A program made the position numbers and the translations under genes. This document shows, piece by piece, positions 24,179-33,233 of a stretch of 64,000 bases of DNA. How positions within the stretch are numbered: position 1 is the first letter of the stretch; every line of letters starts with the position of its first letter. Below the pieces are notes generated by a model, which was given only the letters and a program-made list of their open reading frames with translations, had not been told where the DNA came from and searched no databases. The stretch comes from Escherichia phage vB_EcoS_ESCO40. Location of the stretch: sequence record NC_106514.1; one strand, given 5' to 3'.

Positions 24179-25651
24179 ATGACCTTGTTTAACGTGCAAG
24201 CTGTAGTGTTGAAGATGCTTCTAGCTTCAGAACAGAAGCAAATAGCATTGGAAACATTCTCAAAACTGCATAAAGATCATTTTAATGACGCTTTCTCCTC
24301 AATTTACCAAGCCGTCCAGAATTATTATAAAAAATATAACACAATGCCGTCCATTGACGCACTGATGCTTGAGGCTAATAGGAACGCCCGCCTTTCTCAA
24401 GCTCTAGTCGTTTTAGCTAACACTCAAATTCCAGAAGTTAGCATGGAACAGGCACTTGAAGTCTTAGAGGCCGAGTATACACAGGATTTATTCCTGAAGC
24501 TTCTAGAAACAGACGTGCTTCAAGATTTAACAATGCTGGATCAGGGAGAAATTCTTAACCGAGTTGCCTCCCTTCACTTAAAATTAGAAGAGAAAGTAAC
24601 GAATACTGGAAAAGTATTCAACGCAGATAACATGCGTATTTTCCAGAGAGAAGAAGATACCAAACTGAACTTAATCGCTCTTGGTATTTGTAATGAGTTC
24701 GATGCTCAAATTGGTTTAGCTCGCACAGAAACGTTACTGCTTGGTGGTTGGCGTGGTACTGGTAAATCCATTATCTGTTCAAACATACAGGTTCAGCAAT
24801 ATTTGAATGGAGATATTGCTCCATACTTCTCAATTGAGATGAAAGAACATGAAGTATTTAGACGTAATCTAGCCATGTTAGCTGGTGTATCAGCACTAGC
24901 AATGCGTAATAATACTCTAGAAGGTGCAGCTCTGTTGAGATTAGCCAGAACTAGAGCTAGGATGTTTAATGGTGGTGAGGAGCTTTTCGATAACTTCGTT
25001 AAACAGTACACAATGGCTAAGATGAGTGATTTCTACGATATGGAAAGTAAGCTAATAGAAGGATATGAGCTACATACTCCTATGATTATTGTTTATGATC
25101 CTGAGCTGTCTATTACAACAGTTGACGTAGAATTAAATAAATTAGTTGCTAGATATGGGGATAAAGTTACAGTAGCTTTACTGGACTATATTAACCAAAC
25201 CCGACTTCCAGACTCTAAAACCATTGATATGTATGACTGGAAAGAACAGATGGTTGTTAGCTCGTCTTTCAAATCTATCTGCCAGAAACATAACGTGGCT
25301 GGTGTAGCCCCTTACCAGATTGATCAAGATGGTAGAACACGTATGTCAAAGGGGATTCTTGATTCCGCAGACATGGCTGCTAATCTTAATGCTGCTAAAG
25401 CTGATAATGGTCAAGGTGCTATTATGTTTGACTTCGTTAAGACCCGTTCTTCTGATAGCGTGAAGTTTATGCCTAAAATGAACTGGGAAACCCTGCGAAT
25501 GGATAACACTACCAACCTAGCAATGGAAGATATATCTCAAATGGAAGCTGAGTTCGTTATCCCTATTGAGAAGGATAAGCCAGCTCAATCTAAACGTGCT
25601 AAGAAAGACAAAGCTGAAAATTCAACAGGTGAACAGGCCAGCGATATATGA
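24179..25651 (+). CDS. putative replicative helicase (RecA-fold P-loop ATPase)
   Basis: Walker A LLGGWRGTGKSI, DnaB-like C-terminal organisation, followed directly by primase; ORF-track start 24128 lies inside the upstream terminator so ATG 24179 is preferred. Confidence 0.6.
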   Translation: MTLFNVQAVVLKMLLASEQKQIALETFSKLHKDHFNDAFSSIYQAVQNYYKKYNTMPSIDALMLEANRNARLSQALVVLANTQIPEVSMEQALEVLEAEYTQDLFLKLLETDVLQDLTMLDQGEILNRVASLHLKLEEKVTNTGKVFNADNMRIFQREEDTKLNLIALGICNEFDAQIGLARTETLLLGGWRGTGKSIICSNIQVQQYLNGDIAPYFSIEMKEHEVFRRNLAMLAGVSALAMRNNTLEGAALLRLARTRARMFNGGEELFDNFVKQYTMAKMSDFYDMESKLIEGYELHTPMIIVYDPELSITTVDVELNKLVARYGDKVTVALLDYINQTRLPDSKTIDMYDWKEQMVVSSSFKSICQKHNVAGVAPYQIDQDGRTRMSKGILDSADMAANLNAAKADNGQGAIMFDFVKTRSSDSVKFMPKMNWETLRMDNTTNLAMEDISQMEAEFVIPIEKDKPAQSKRAKKDKAENSTGEQASDI

Positions 25652-26538
25652 GTAGAATAACAGAACTACTTGATCTGAAAGGCATTGAATATAAAGACAC
25701 AGGTGGGGACATCCTCATCTGTTGTCTCAATCCAGATCATGACGATAAACACCCAAGTTTGCGTATTGACCCTGAAACAGGTATTATGCACTGCTTGAGT
25801 TGTGGCTTCGGTAAAGGTATACCGAGCATTTACCATTATTTTAATGAGACTCAGTACCGACAGTCCCCAAGGCTATCGCAAGTACGTAAAAAGATTTCAG
25901 AGATTAGGAATGGATCAACGAATCTTGCAATTCCTGAATCTGCTTACCTTTTCGAAGGTGATTTCCGGGGTATAAGTTCTAAGACCTTGAAGAAATATTT
26001 TGCTTTCCAACACCAAGAGAGCTGGGAAGGCAGAATTGTATTCCCAATCACAGATGCTGTTGGACGCAATATCCTATTTTTGGGTCGTTCTATAAACAGT
26101 TCTGCCCCTCCTAAATACTTAGTAAAACCAAAACAAGTTTCACCGCCAATTTTTCCTGTACGATATAATACTCCAGTTCTTATTCTAGTTGAAGGCATCT
26201 TTGATATGCTGAACCTAGAGGATAATGGTATAGACTATGCTTCTTGCTGCTTTGGTACACATCAGTTTACTTCGGATAACATTGCAGATAAGTTCAGTCC
26301 TTATATTATTGCTGGGGTAAAAGTTGTTGTTATCTTACTAGATAATGATGCTTCCGGTAATAAAGCTGCACAAGCACTGGCCAAGCTAATTCGTACAAAA
26401 ACGCGTTTAACACCTGTAGTTGCTAACTTTCTTCTGCCCGAAGGTAAAGACCCCGGTGATTTAAATAAAGAAGAGATTGATATGTTAGCAAAACGTATTG
26501 AAATTTTAGTTGCTGAATCACTTAAAGATTTGGTATAA
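25648..26538 (+). CDS. DNA primase (zinc-binding domain plus Toprim)
   Basis: CHC2 zinc finger CCLNPDHDDKHPSLRIDPETGIMHCLSCG; Toprim acidic motifs ILVEGIFDMLNLED and VILLDNDASG. Confidence 0.85.
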   Translation: MSRITELLDLKGIEYKDTGGDILICCLNPDHDDKHPSLRIDPETGIMHCLSCGFGKGIPSIYHYFNETQYRQSPRLSQVRKKISEIRNGSTNLAIPESAYLFEGDFRGISSKTLKKYFAFQHQESWEGRIVFPITDAVGRNILFLGRSINSSAPPKYLVKPKQVSPPIFPVRYNTPVLILVEGIFDMLNLEDNGIDYASCCFGTHQFTSDNIADKFSPYIIAGVKVVVILLDNDASGNKAAQALAKLIRTKTRLTPVVANFLLPEGKDPGDLNKEEIDMLAKRIEILVAESLKDLV

Positions 26539-26564
26539 TAGTCCTAAATAACTGAGGAGCTACT

Positions 26565-26894
26565 ATGGAATATGTATATATTTATGAAGATGTTCCAGTA
26601 TACGATAGTATAACACACGAAGAAGTTAAACTAGAGCTATTTACAGTACTAGAGTCCCTTAATAAACGAAAGGATTTCCATTTATTTGGTGATCCTAAAT
26701 TACCTGCATCTTATATTTTCTTTAAAGTAAAAGATACAGGTCAAGAGGTGTATCTAACTTATGATTGGGCTGTTGTAGAAAATACTGAGCAATCTATGAA
26801 AGTGTTAGGTGCTTTTCTGCGTATAGATGAAGAATTTCGGTCACTAGAAAAGCAGCGCAATGAAATGCGTAAATTACTACATACCTATAAATAG
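26565..26894 (+). CDS. hypothetical protein
   Basis: 109-aa ORF with GAGGAG site. Confidence 0.5.
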   Translation: MEYVYIYEDVPVYDSITHEEVKLELFTVLESLNKRKDFHLFGDPKLPASYIFFKVKDTGQEVYLTYDWAVVENTEQSMKVLGAFLRIDEEFRSLEKQRNEMRKLLHTYK

Positions 26895-26897
26895 TAT

Positions 26898-26927
26898 TTG
26901 CTATTATCCCAATATTTTTGATACAAT
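26898..26927 (+). promoter_or_regulatory. sigma70-type promoter (TTGCTA-18-TACAAT) for the DNA polymerase gene
   Basis: TTGCTA 26898-26903, TACAAT 26922-26927; 5' leader forms a 9-bp hairpin (26931-26939 / 26967-26975) abutting the AAGAGGAG site. Confidence 0.55.
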
Positions 26928-26988
26928 ATATTGGTAAGTTAGAGAAGAAACACTGAAGTTATACTTACTTACCAAGAGGAGATTAAAT

Positions 26989-29556
26989 TTGAAAATCGCA
27001 GTAGTTGATAAAGCTCTAAATAACACTCGTTATGATAAACATTTCCAGCTATACGGCGAGGAAGTTGATGTATTCCATATGTGTAACGAGAAGTTGTCCG
27101 GTCGTTTGCTCAAAAAGCATATTACTATCGGGACTCCGGAAAACCCATTTGACCCGAATGATTATGATTTTGTTATACTGGTAGGTGCCGAACCTTTCCT
27201 ATACTTTGCAGGTAAGAAAGGTATTGGTGATTATACTGGTAAACGTGTAGAGTATAATGGATATGCTAACTGGATTGCGAGTATCAGCCCAGCCCAGTTA
27301 CACTTTAAACCTGAAATGAAACCAGTTTTTGGTGCAACAGTAGAGAATATCCACGATATTATCAATGGTCGTGAGAAGATTGCAAAAGCTGGTGATTACC
27401 GTCCTATTACTGACCCGGATGAGGCAGAAGAATATATCAAGATGGTGTATAATATGGTTATCGGACCTGTCGCATTCGACTCCGAAACCTCAGCACTATA
27501 CTGTCGAGATGGTTATCTGCTTGGTGTTTCTATGTCTCACCAAGAGTATCAGGGTGTATATATCGATTCTGATTGTCTCACAGAAGTTGCAGTATATTAC
27601 CTCCAGAAAATTCTAGATAGTGAAAACCACACTATTGTTTTTCACAACTTGAAGTTTGATATGCACTTTTATAAGTACCATCTGGGACTTACTTTTGATA
27701 AAGCACATAAAGAACGCAGGCTCCATGATACCATGTTGCAGCACTATGTTCTAGATGAACGTCGGGGTACTCATGGCTTGAAATCTCTAGCAATGAAGTA
27801 TACCGATATGGGTGACTATGACTTCGAACTAGATAAGTTCAAAGATGATTACTGCAAAGCACATAAAATCAAGAAAGAAGATTTCACCTATGATTTAATT
27901 CCGTTTGATATTATGTGGCCTTACGCTGCGAAAGATACAGATGCTACCCTACGTTTACACAACTTCTTCTTACCGAAAATTGAGAAGAATGAAAAACTTT
28001 GCAGTCTGTACTATGATGTTTTGATGCCTGGTTGCGTATTCTTGCAACGTGTTGAGGATCGTGGAGTACCTATCTCTATTGATCGTTTGAAAGAAGCTCA
28101 GTATCAATTGACTCATAATTTGAATAAAGCCCGTGAGAAACTGTACACTTATCCAGAAGTTAAACAGCTAGAACAAGATCAGAATGAAGCATTTAACCCG
28201 AACTCTGTTAAGCAACTTCGTGTTCTTCTGTTCGATTATGTTGGTTTGACTCCAACTGGTAAGTTAACAGATACTGGTGCAGATTCTACAAACGCAGAAG
28301 CTCTGAATGAGTTGGCAACCCAGCATCCGATTGCTAAAACTCTTCTAGAGATTCGTAAGCTGACTAAGCTGATCTCTACTTATGTTGAGAAGATTCTACT
28401 GAGTATTGATGCAGATGGTTGCATTCGTACTGGTTTCCATGAACATATGACTACTTCTGGTCGTCTGAGTTCTTCTGGTAAACTGAACCTGCAACAGTTA
28501 CCTCGTGATGAATCTATCATTAAGGGTTGTGTAGTTGCACCACCTGGATACCGTGTAATCGCATGGGACTTAACAACTGCGGAAGTTTATTATGCTGCTG
28601 TTCTATCTGGTGATAGAAATATGCAACAAGTATTTATCAACATGAGAAATGAACCTGATAAATACCCTGACTTCCACTCTAACATCGCCCACATGGTATT
28701 TAAATTGCAATGTGAACCTCGTGATGTTAAGAAGTTGTTCCCAGCTCTACGTCAGGCAGCTAAGGCAATTACCTTTGGTATTTTGTATGGTTCTGGCCCG
28801 GCTAAAGTAGCACATTCTGTTAATGAAGCATTGCTAGAACAAGCAGCCAAAACTGGTGAACCGTTTGTTGAATGTACTGTTGCAGATGCTAAAGAGTATA
28901 TTGAGACTTACTTTAGTCAATTCCCACAGCTTAAGCGTTGGATTGATAAGTGCCACGATCAGATCAAGAATCATGGATTTATCTATAGTCACTTTGGTCG
29001 TAAACGTCGTCTACATAATATCCACTCCGAAGACCGTGGCGTTCAGGGTGAAGAAATTCGTTCTGGATTTAACGCAATCATTCAGTCTGCTTCTTCTGAT
29101 AGTCTCCTTTTAGGTGCTGTAGATGCAGATAATGAGATCATTTCTCTTGGCTTAGAACAAGAGATGAAGATTGTTATGCTGGTTCATGACTCCGTAGTTG
29201 CTATTGTTCGTGAGGATTTGATCGACCAATACAATGAACTTCTGATTCGTAATATTCAGAAAGACCGTGGTATCAGTATTCCTGGTTGTCCTATTGGTAT
29301 TGATTCAGATTCTGAAGCTGGAGGTTCTCGTGACTATTCTTGTGGTAAGATGAAGAAACAGCACCCATCAATCGCTTGTATTGATGATGATGAGTATACT
29401 CGTTATGTCAAGGGTGTATTACTTGATGCAGATTTCGAGTATAAGAAATTAGCTGCAATGGATAAAGAGCATCCAGACCACAGCAAGTACAAGGATGATA
29501 AGTTTATTGCTGTATGTAAAGATCTGGATAACGTGAAAAGGATTCTCGGTGCTTAA
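26989..29556 (+). CDS. DNA polymerase, family A, with 3'-5' exonuclease domain
   Basis: 855 aa; Exo I FDSETSALY, motif B RQAAKAITFGILYGSG, motif C MLVHDS; TTG start 7 nt after AAGAGGAG. Confidence 0.9.
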   Translation: MKIAVVDKALNNTRYDKHFQLYGEEVDVFHMCNEKLSGRLLKKHITIGTPENPFDPNDYDFVILVGAEPFLYFAGKKGIGDYTGKRVEYNGYANWIASISPAQLHFKPEMKPVFGATVENIHDIINGREKIAKAGDYRPITDPDEAEEYIKMVYNMVIGPVAFDSETSALYCRDGYLLGVSMSHQEYQGVYIDSDCLTEVAVYYLQKILDSENHTIVFHNLKFDMHFYKYHLGLTFDKAHKERRLHDTMLQHYVLDERRGTHGLKSLAMKYTDMGDYDFELDKFKDDYCKAHKIKKEDFTYDLIPFDIMWPYAAKDTDATLRLHNFFLPKIEKNEKLCSLYYDVLMPGCVFLQRVEDRGVPISIDRLKEAQYQLTHNLNKAREKLYTYPEVKQLEQDQNEAFNPNSVKQLRVLLFDYVGLTPTGKLTDTGADSTNAEALNELATQHPIAKTLLEIRKLTKLISTYVEKILLSIDADGCIRTGFHEHMTTSGRLSSSGKLNLQQLPRDESIIKGCVVAPPGYRVIAWDLTTAEVYYAAVLSGDRNMQQVFINMRNEPDKYPDFHSNIAHMVFKLQCEPRDVKKLFPALRQAAKAITFGILYGSGPAKVAHSVNEALLEQAAKTGEPFVECTVADAKEYIETYFSQFPQLKRWIDKCHDQIKNHGFIYSHFGRKRRLHNIHSEDRGVQGEEIRSGFNAIIQSASSDSLLLGAVDADNEIISLGLEQEMKIVMLVHDSVVAIVREDLIDQYNELLIRNIQKDRGISIPGCPIGIDSDSEAGGSRDYSCGKMKKQHPSIACIDDDEYTRYVKGVLLDADFEYKKLAAMDKEHPDHSKYKDDKFIAVCKDLDNVKRILGA

Positions 29557-30046
29557 TTTCAAATTGCCCGTCTATGCGTTACGGGCGTTTGTATCAATTG
29601 AGCAAGAAGGTGATTATTCCGTAATTACAACAAGATATAATAAATATGTGCTAGATAACAGGAAGTTGCCTGGCACGTTTTCTCAACGTAGGCTTATTCT
29701 ATTTGAGAAACGGAAAGAATTACCATACAAGCTTTATCCTATTAGGGGTAGAATATCAATGTTGTCTCAATTAGTTGGGTCAAAGCGTGACCAATTTATA
29801 GATTCTGATGGAAATCTTATTAATTGGAAGAAAACTACGTTCTATGATGTTGTCACCTCTAAAGTTTTGCATTCAGCTAGAATTTATAATGGAAAATACC
29901 AATGCTATGTGGCTAAAGTCCCTTATCCATTTGTACTATCCTATGTTCCAGCTTATATAAGCTATATTCTGGTAAATAATAGCCCTGTTATTTATCAAGC
30001 CCATCAAGAGGAGCCTGAAATTCCTAGACTTAGAATAAAATTATGA
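29549..30046 (+). CDS. hypothetical protein (AT-rich, atypical codon usage)
   Basis: 165-aa ORF exactly filling the gap between polymerase and helicase, GTG start, no internal Met until residue 71; may be shorter or non-coding. Confidence 0.3.
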   Translation: MLNFKLPVYALRAFVSIEQEGDYSVITTRYNKYVLDNRKLPGTFSQRRLILFEKRKELPYKLYPIRGRISMLSQLVGSKRDQFIDSDGNLINWKKTTFYDVVTSKVLHSARIYNGKYQCYVAKVPYPFVLSYVPAYISYILVNNSPVIYQAHQEEPEIPRLRIKL

Positions 30047-31395
30047 AGGTTGTTATATCTAATAAAGCCTATTTCAAGCCCGATGATGAACTTTGGGATT
30101 ATTGTAGTAAGCAAACCACTTATCACATAGAGACAATGACTAGTAAATACCCTATTATGTATAAGAATAGTGGTGTTGTTGCCAAAGAGATTAAGTGGAT
30201 TCCTATTACGCGTCTGGACTTACTAGATGCTAAAGGAGTAAAATACGAATTAGTCGATAAACGCACATTAGCTCCGGTAGATATACCAAAACCTAAGTTC
30301 AAACTGCGTGAAGAAGATCAGCTTCCAATATACGAAGAATGCGATGATACCTGTATTATTAATGGTAAGCCTGGATTTGGTAAAACTATCCTAGCCCTTG
30401 CACTTGCGTATAAATTTGGCCAGAAAACTTTGGTAATCTGTACGAATACATCCATTCGTGAAATGTGGGCGGCAGAAGTTCGTAAATGGTTTGGGTTTGA
30501 ACCAGGCATCATAGGTTCTGGGAAATACAATATTGATCCACCAATTGTAGTTAGTAATATTCAAACAGTGAATAAACATGCGAATAATCTTTCTAAAGTA
30601 TTCGGTACTGTTATAGTTGATGAAGTTCACCATTGTGTAGCTACAACTTTCACTAACTTCCTAGAAATATCATGTGCTCGCTATAAAATTGGACTATCCG
30701 GTACACTAAAACGAAAAGATGGTTTGCAAGTTATGTTCAAAGATTTCTTTGGATATAAAATCTTTAGTCCTCCAGTTAATAATACTGTTGCTCCTACAAT
30801 CCACAGGTACTCCGTACCAGTTGAATTGTCTGGAAACCAAAACGTACCGTGGGCATTACGTGCTAACGATGTGTATAATCATCCTGAATATCGAGAGACC
30901 ATTATAAACCTAGCACATTTATATGTGAATATGGGACATAAAGTACTCATTGTAAGTGATAGAACAGAGTTAATCCAAACAGTACTAGAAGCACTATCTC
31001 AGAGAGGAGTCACAACCTATGAGATTATTGGCGCAACCCACTTAGATGACCGATTAAAAATTCAGGAAGATATAGCAAAAGGTGGGTCTTGTGTACTTGC
31101 AGCAGCTCAAAGTATCTTCTCTGAAGGTATTTCCCTTAACGAGCTGTCTTGTTTAATAATGGGAAGCCTCATTAATAATGAATCTCTCATCGAACAGCTT
31201 GCAGGCCGTGTTCAACGTATTGTCGATGGTAAACTCGACCCTATTGTTGTAGATCTAATTATGAAAGGTGGCACTGGGTTAAGGCAGGCTTCTGGACGTA
31301 TGGCAGTATATCGTAACAACGGGTGGAAAACTATTACTATGACTCCGGAGAAAGCAGTTCAATTAGCTAAAATTGCATTTGGCAACAGCTCATAA
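30043..31395 (+). CDS. SF2 DNA helicase (DEVH-box)
   Basis: Walker A NGKPGFGKTILALALA, Walker B VIVDEVHHC, helicase C-terminal domain. Confidence 0.85.
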   Translation: MKVVISNKAYFKPDDELWDYCSKQTTYHIETMTSKYPIMYKNSGVVAKEIKWIPITRLDLLDAKGVKYELVDKRTLAPVDIPKPKFKLREEDQLPIYEECDDTCIINGKPGFGKTILALALAYKFGQKTLVICTNTSIREMWAAEVRKWFGFEPGIIGSGKYNIDPPIVVSNIQTVNKHANNLSKVFGTVIVDEVHHCVATTFTNFLEISCARYKIGLSGTLKRKDGLQVMFKDFFGYKIFSPPVNNTVAPTIHRYSVPVELSGNQNVPWALRANDVYNHPEYRETIINLAHLYVNMGHKVLIVSDRTELIQTVLEALSQRGVTTYEIIGATHLDDRLKIQEDIAKGGSCVLAAAQSIFSEGISLNELSCLIMGSLINNESLIEQLAGRVQRIVDGKLDPIVVDLIMKGGTGLRQASGRMAVYRNNGWKTITMTPEKAVQLAKIAFGNSS

Positions 31396-31478
31396 ATGAT
31401 GTATAATATATACATAAATTTGAGAGAGAAAGTTTCGGATTGATAAGAAAGTCCGAAGCAGAAAAATAAAAATTTTAG

Positions 31479-31508
31479 TTGCTAAATTCTCTCGAAATCT
31501 AGTATAAT
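31479..31508 (+). promoter_or_regulatory. sigma70-type early promoter (TTGCTA-18-TATAAT)
   Basis: TTGCTA 31479-31484, TATAAT 31503-31508, then ATATACATAAATTCGAGGAG; a related TATAAT / CATAAATTTGAGAGAG element sits at 31402-31430. Confidence 0.55.
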
Positions 31509-31615
31509 ATATACATAAATTCGAGGAGAAAACAAAAATTAAATTCTTCGATTATGAAAAGCTATACTTACTAGCTAGAGGAAATTCTGACCTAATTATT
31601 AAGCTATTCAAAAGA

Positions 31616-31900
31616 ATGCTTACAGAGCCTGATGCTCACCAATTATTGGTCGGTTCCTCATTTATTTTGAATGAATCAACAATAGTTGATAATCCAAATA
31701 AATTGTCTAATAGACAACTGGCAGAATATCTAGGAATTTTAAGTCTACGAAATTATGCCGAATACAAGTTTACAAACGATCCTAGTTTGGACATACAATA
31801 TGTTCCAGTATGGATACCACGTTTAGTAATCGACACTAACCCACTAATCGCAATTAACAAATCGAAATTAATCTTTAAAGAGGAAATAAAATATGGCTAA
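31616..31900 (+). CDS. hypothetical protein (doubtful)
   Basis: 94-aa ORF without a convincing ribosome site; region may be a long leader for the next gene. Confidence 0.25.
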   Translation: MLTEPDAHQLLVGSSFILNESTIVDNPNKLSNRQLAEYLGILSLRNYAEYKFTNDPSLDIQYVPVWIPRLVIDTNPLIAINKSKLIFKEEIKYG

Positions 31901-32666
31901 GTCTTGGGGCGAAACTACTGGCGGTTCTAACGATAAAATCGAATTCCTGAAGTTCAACAACGGTATCACTCGTGTTCGTATCGTTTCTGGTGTTCTTCCA
32001 CGTTATGTCTATTGGCTGACTAATAAAGAGGGTAGCGTAGCTCCTTTCGAATGTCTCCGTTTTAACCGCGACAAAGAGAGCTTTGTTCGTGGTAAAGCTG
32101 ATCCGGTTCATGAGATGGGTTTCTTTGAGAAAGAGCTGGATAAAGATGGTAATCGCGTTCCGCTGAAACCGAAGAAAAACTATATCGCTTTTGTTATCGA
32201 CCGTTCTGATAACAAACTGAAAGTAATGGAAGTCAAGGCTACTATTCTGAAAGGCATCCAGTCTATCATGAAGCAGTTGAATCTGGCGACTCCGTTTGAT
32301 ATTGATATTTCTATTGAGAAGAAGGGTAAAGGTTTCGATACCGAGTATGATGTACAGCAGATTGCTGCTATGCAGTTCCAAATTAAGCTGCAAGATCCTA
32401 ACAGCGCAGAATCTAAGCAATATGCTGCGGATGTAGATCTGATCGGTGAAGCTATGTGTGATGAAGATGGCGACATCATCAAGTTCGAAAAAGTTCCTTC
32501 TCTGGAACAAACATATCCGGTTCCTACCTATGAAGAGCAGAAAGAAGCAATTCAAGCCTTCATGGAAGGTCGTGAGAATAAAGATGATGATGCCAAATCT
32601 GGTAACAGCAATGCTGGTTCCCAGAAAGGTATTGACCAAGAAGCTGCAAGCGATCTGGACGACTAA
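31893..32666 (+). CDS. abundant replication-module protein with acidic C-terminal tail; possible ssDNA-binding protein
   Basis: 257-aa ORF, AAGAGGA site, high-expression codon usage, C-terminus ...QEAASDLDD; assignment is inferential. Confidence 0.4.
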   Translation: MAKSWGETTGGSNDKIEFLKFNNGITRVRIVSGVLPRYVYWLTNKEGSVAPFECLRFNRDKESFVRGKADPVHEMGFFEKELDKDGNRVPLKPKKNYIAFVIDRSDNKLKVMEVKATILKGIQSIMKQLNLATPFDIDISIEKKGKGFDTEYDVQQIAAMQFQIKLQDPNSAESKQYAADVDLIGEAMCDEDGDIIKFEKVPSLEQTYPVPTYEEQKEAIQAFMEGRENKDDDAKSGNSNAGSQKGIDQEAASDLDD

Positions 32667-32673
32667 TAAATAG

Positions 32674-32698
32674 AGGGGCTTCGGCCCCTTTCTTTTTA
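32674..32698 (+). terminator. rho-independent terminator
   Basis: AGGGGC-UUCG-GCCCCU stem-loop then TTCTTTTTAA. Confidence 0.7.
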
Positions 32699-32702
32699 AC
32701 TT

Positions 32703-33233
32703 ATGAGAAATAAGCTATATTCCTTATTTTTGGAAGACCCTAAAAAATTCATTTTATTAGTAAATAAATTCAGAGAAAGATTTTCTTATGATCCTGAGTC
32801 CGGCCTACTCTCTAGGAAAGTAGGAACGGGTGGTCAGTTAGCAGGATCTATAGTAGGCACGGATAATGGAAAAGGGTATTTAAGAACCTCATTTAATAAT
32901 GAGCAGTATCTTGTACATTTAATTATTTATGCCATGCAGACTAATGAAATGGCAGAAGTAGTAGACCACAAAGACTTAGATAAGAAGAATAATAGATGGA
33001 ATAATCTAAGACCAACTAATAAATCAGGTAATGAAAGAAACACAAGCGTAAGATCTAATAGTACCACAGGTGTTAAAAACGTATATTGGATACCTGGGAG
33101 ACATAAGTATAGGGTTCAGTTTAAAATCCACGGAGAAACAAAATACTTTGGATATTATGATACTATTCAAGAAGCAGAAGTAGTAGCTGATAGGGAACGT
33201 AGGCGACTACACGGAGAATTTGCCAGATCATGA
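32703..33233 (+). CDS. HNH endonuclease with AP2-type DNA-binding domain (homing-endonuclease-like)
   Basis: GYLRTSFNNEQYLVHLIIYA...VDHKDLDKKNNRWNNLRPTNKSGN (HNH core) then VYWIPGRHKYRVQFKIHGETKYFGYYDTIQEA (AP2-like). Confidence 0.7.
   Translation: MRNKLYSLFLEDPKKFILLVNKFRERFSYDPESGLLSRKVGTGGQLAGSIVGTDNGKGYLRTSFNNEQYLVHLIIYAMQTNEMAEVVDHKDLDKKNNRWNNLRPTNKSGNERNTSVRSNSTTGVKNVYWIPGRHKYRVQFKIHGETKYFGYYDTIQEAEVVADRERRRLHGEFARS

Noticed and set aside
31373-31408. Second promoter-like element (TTGCAT...TATAAT) at the 3' end of the helicase gene
   Set aside because: Spacer is about 23 bp, too long for a functional sigma70 promoter, although the downstream CATAAATTTGAGAGAG box is present; possibly a decayed duplicate of the 31479 promoter.
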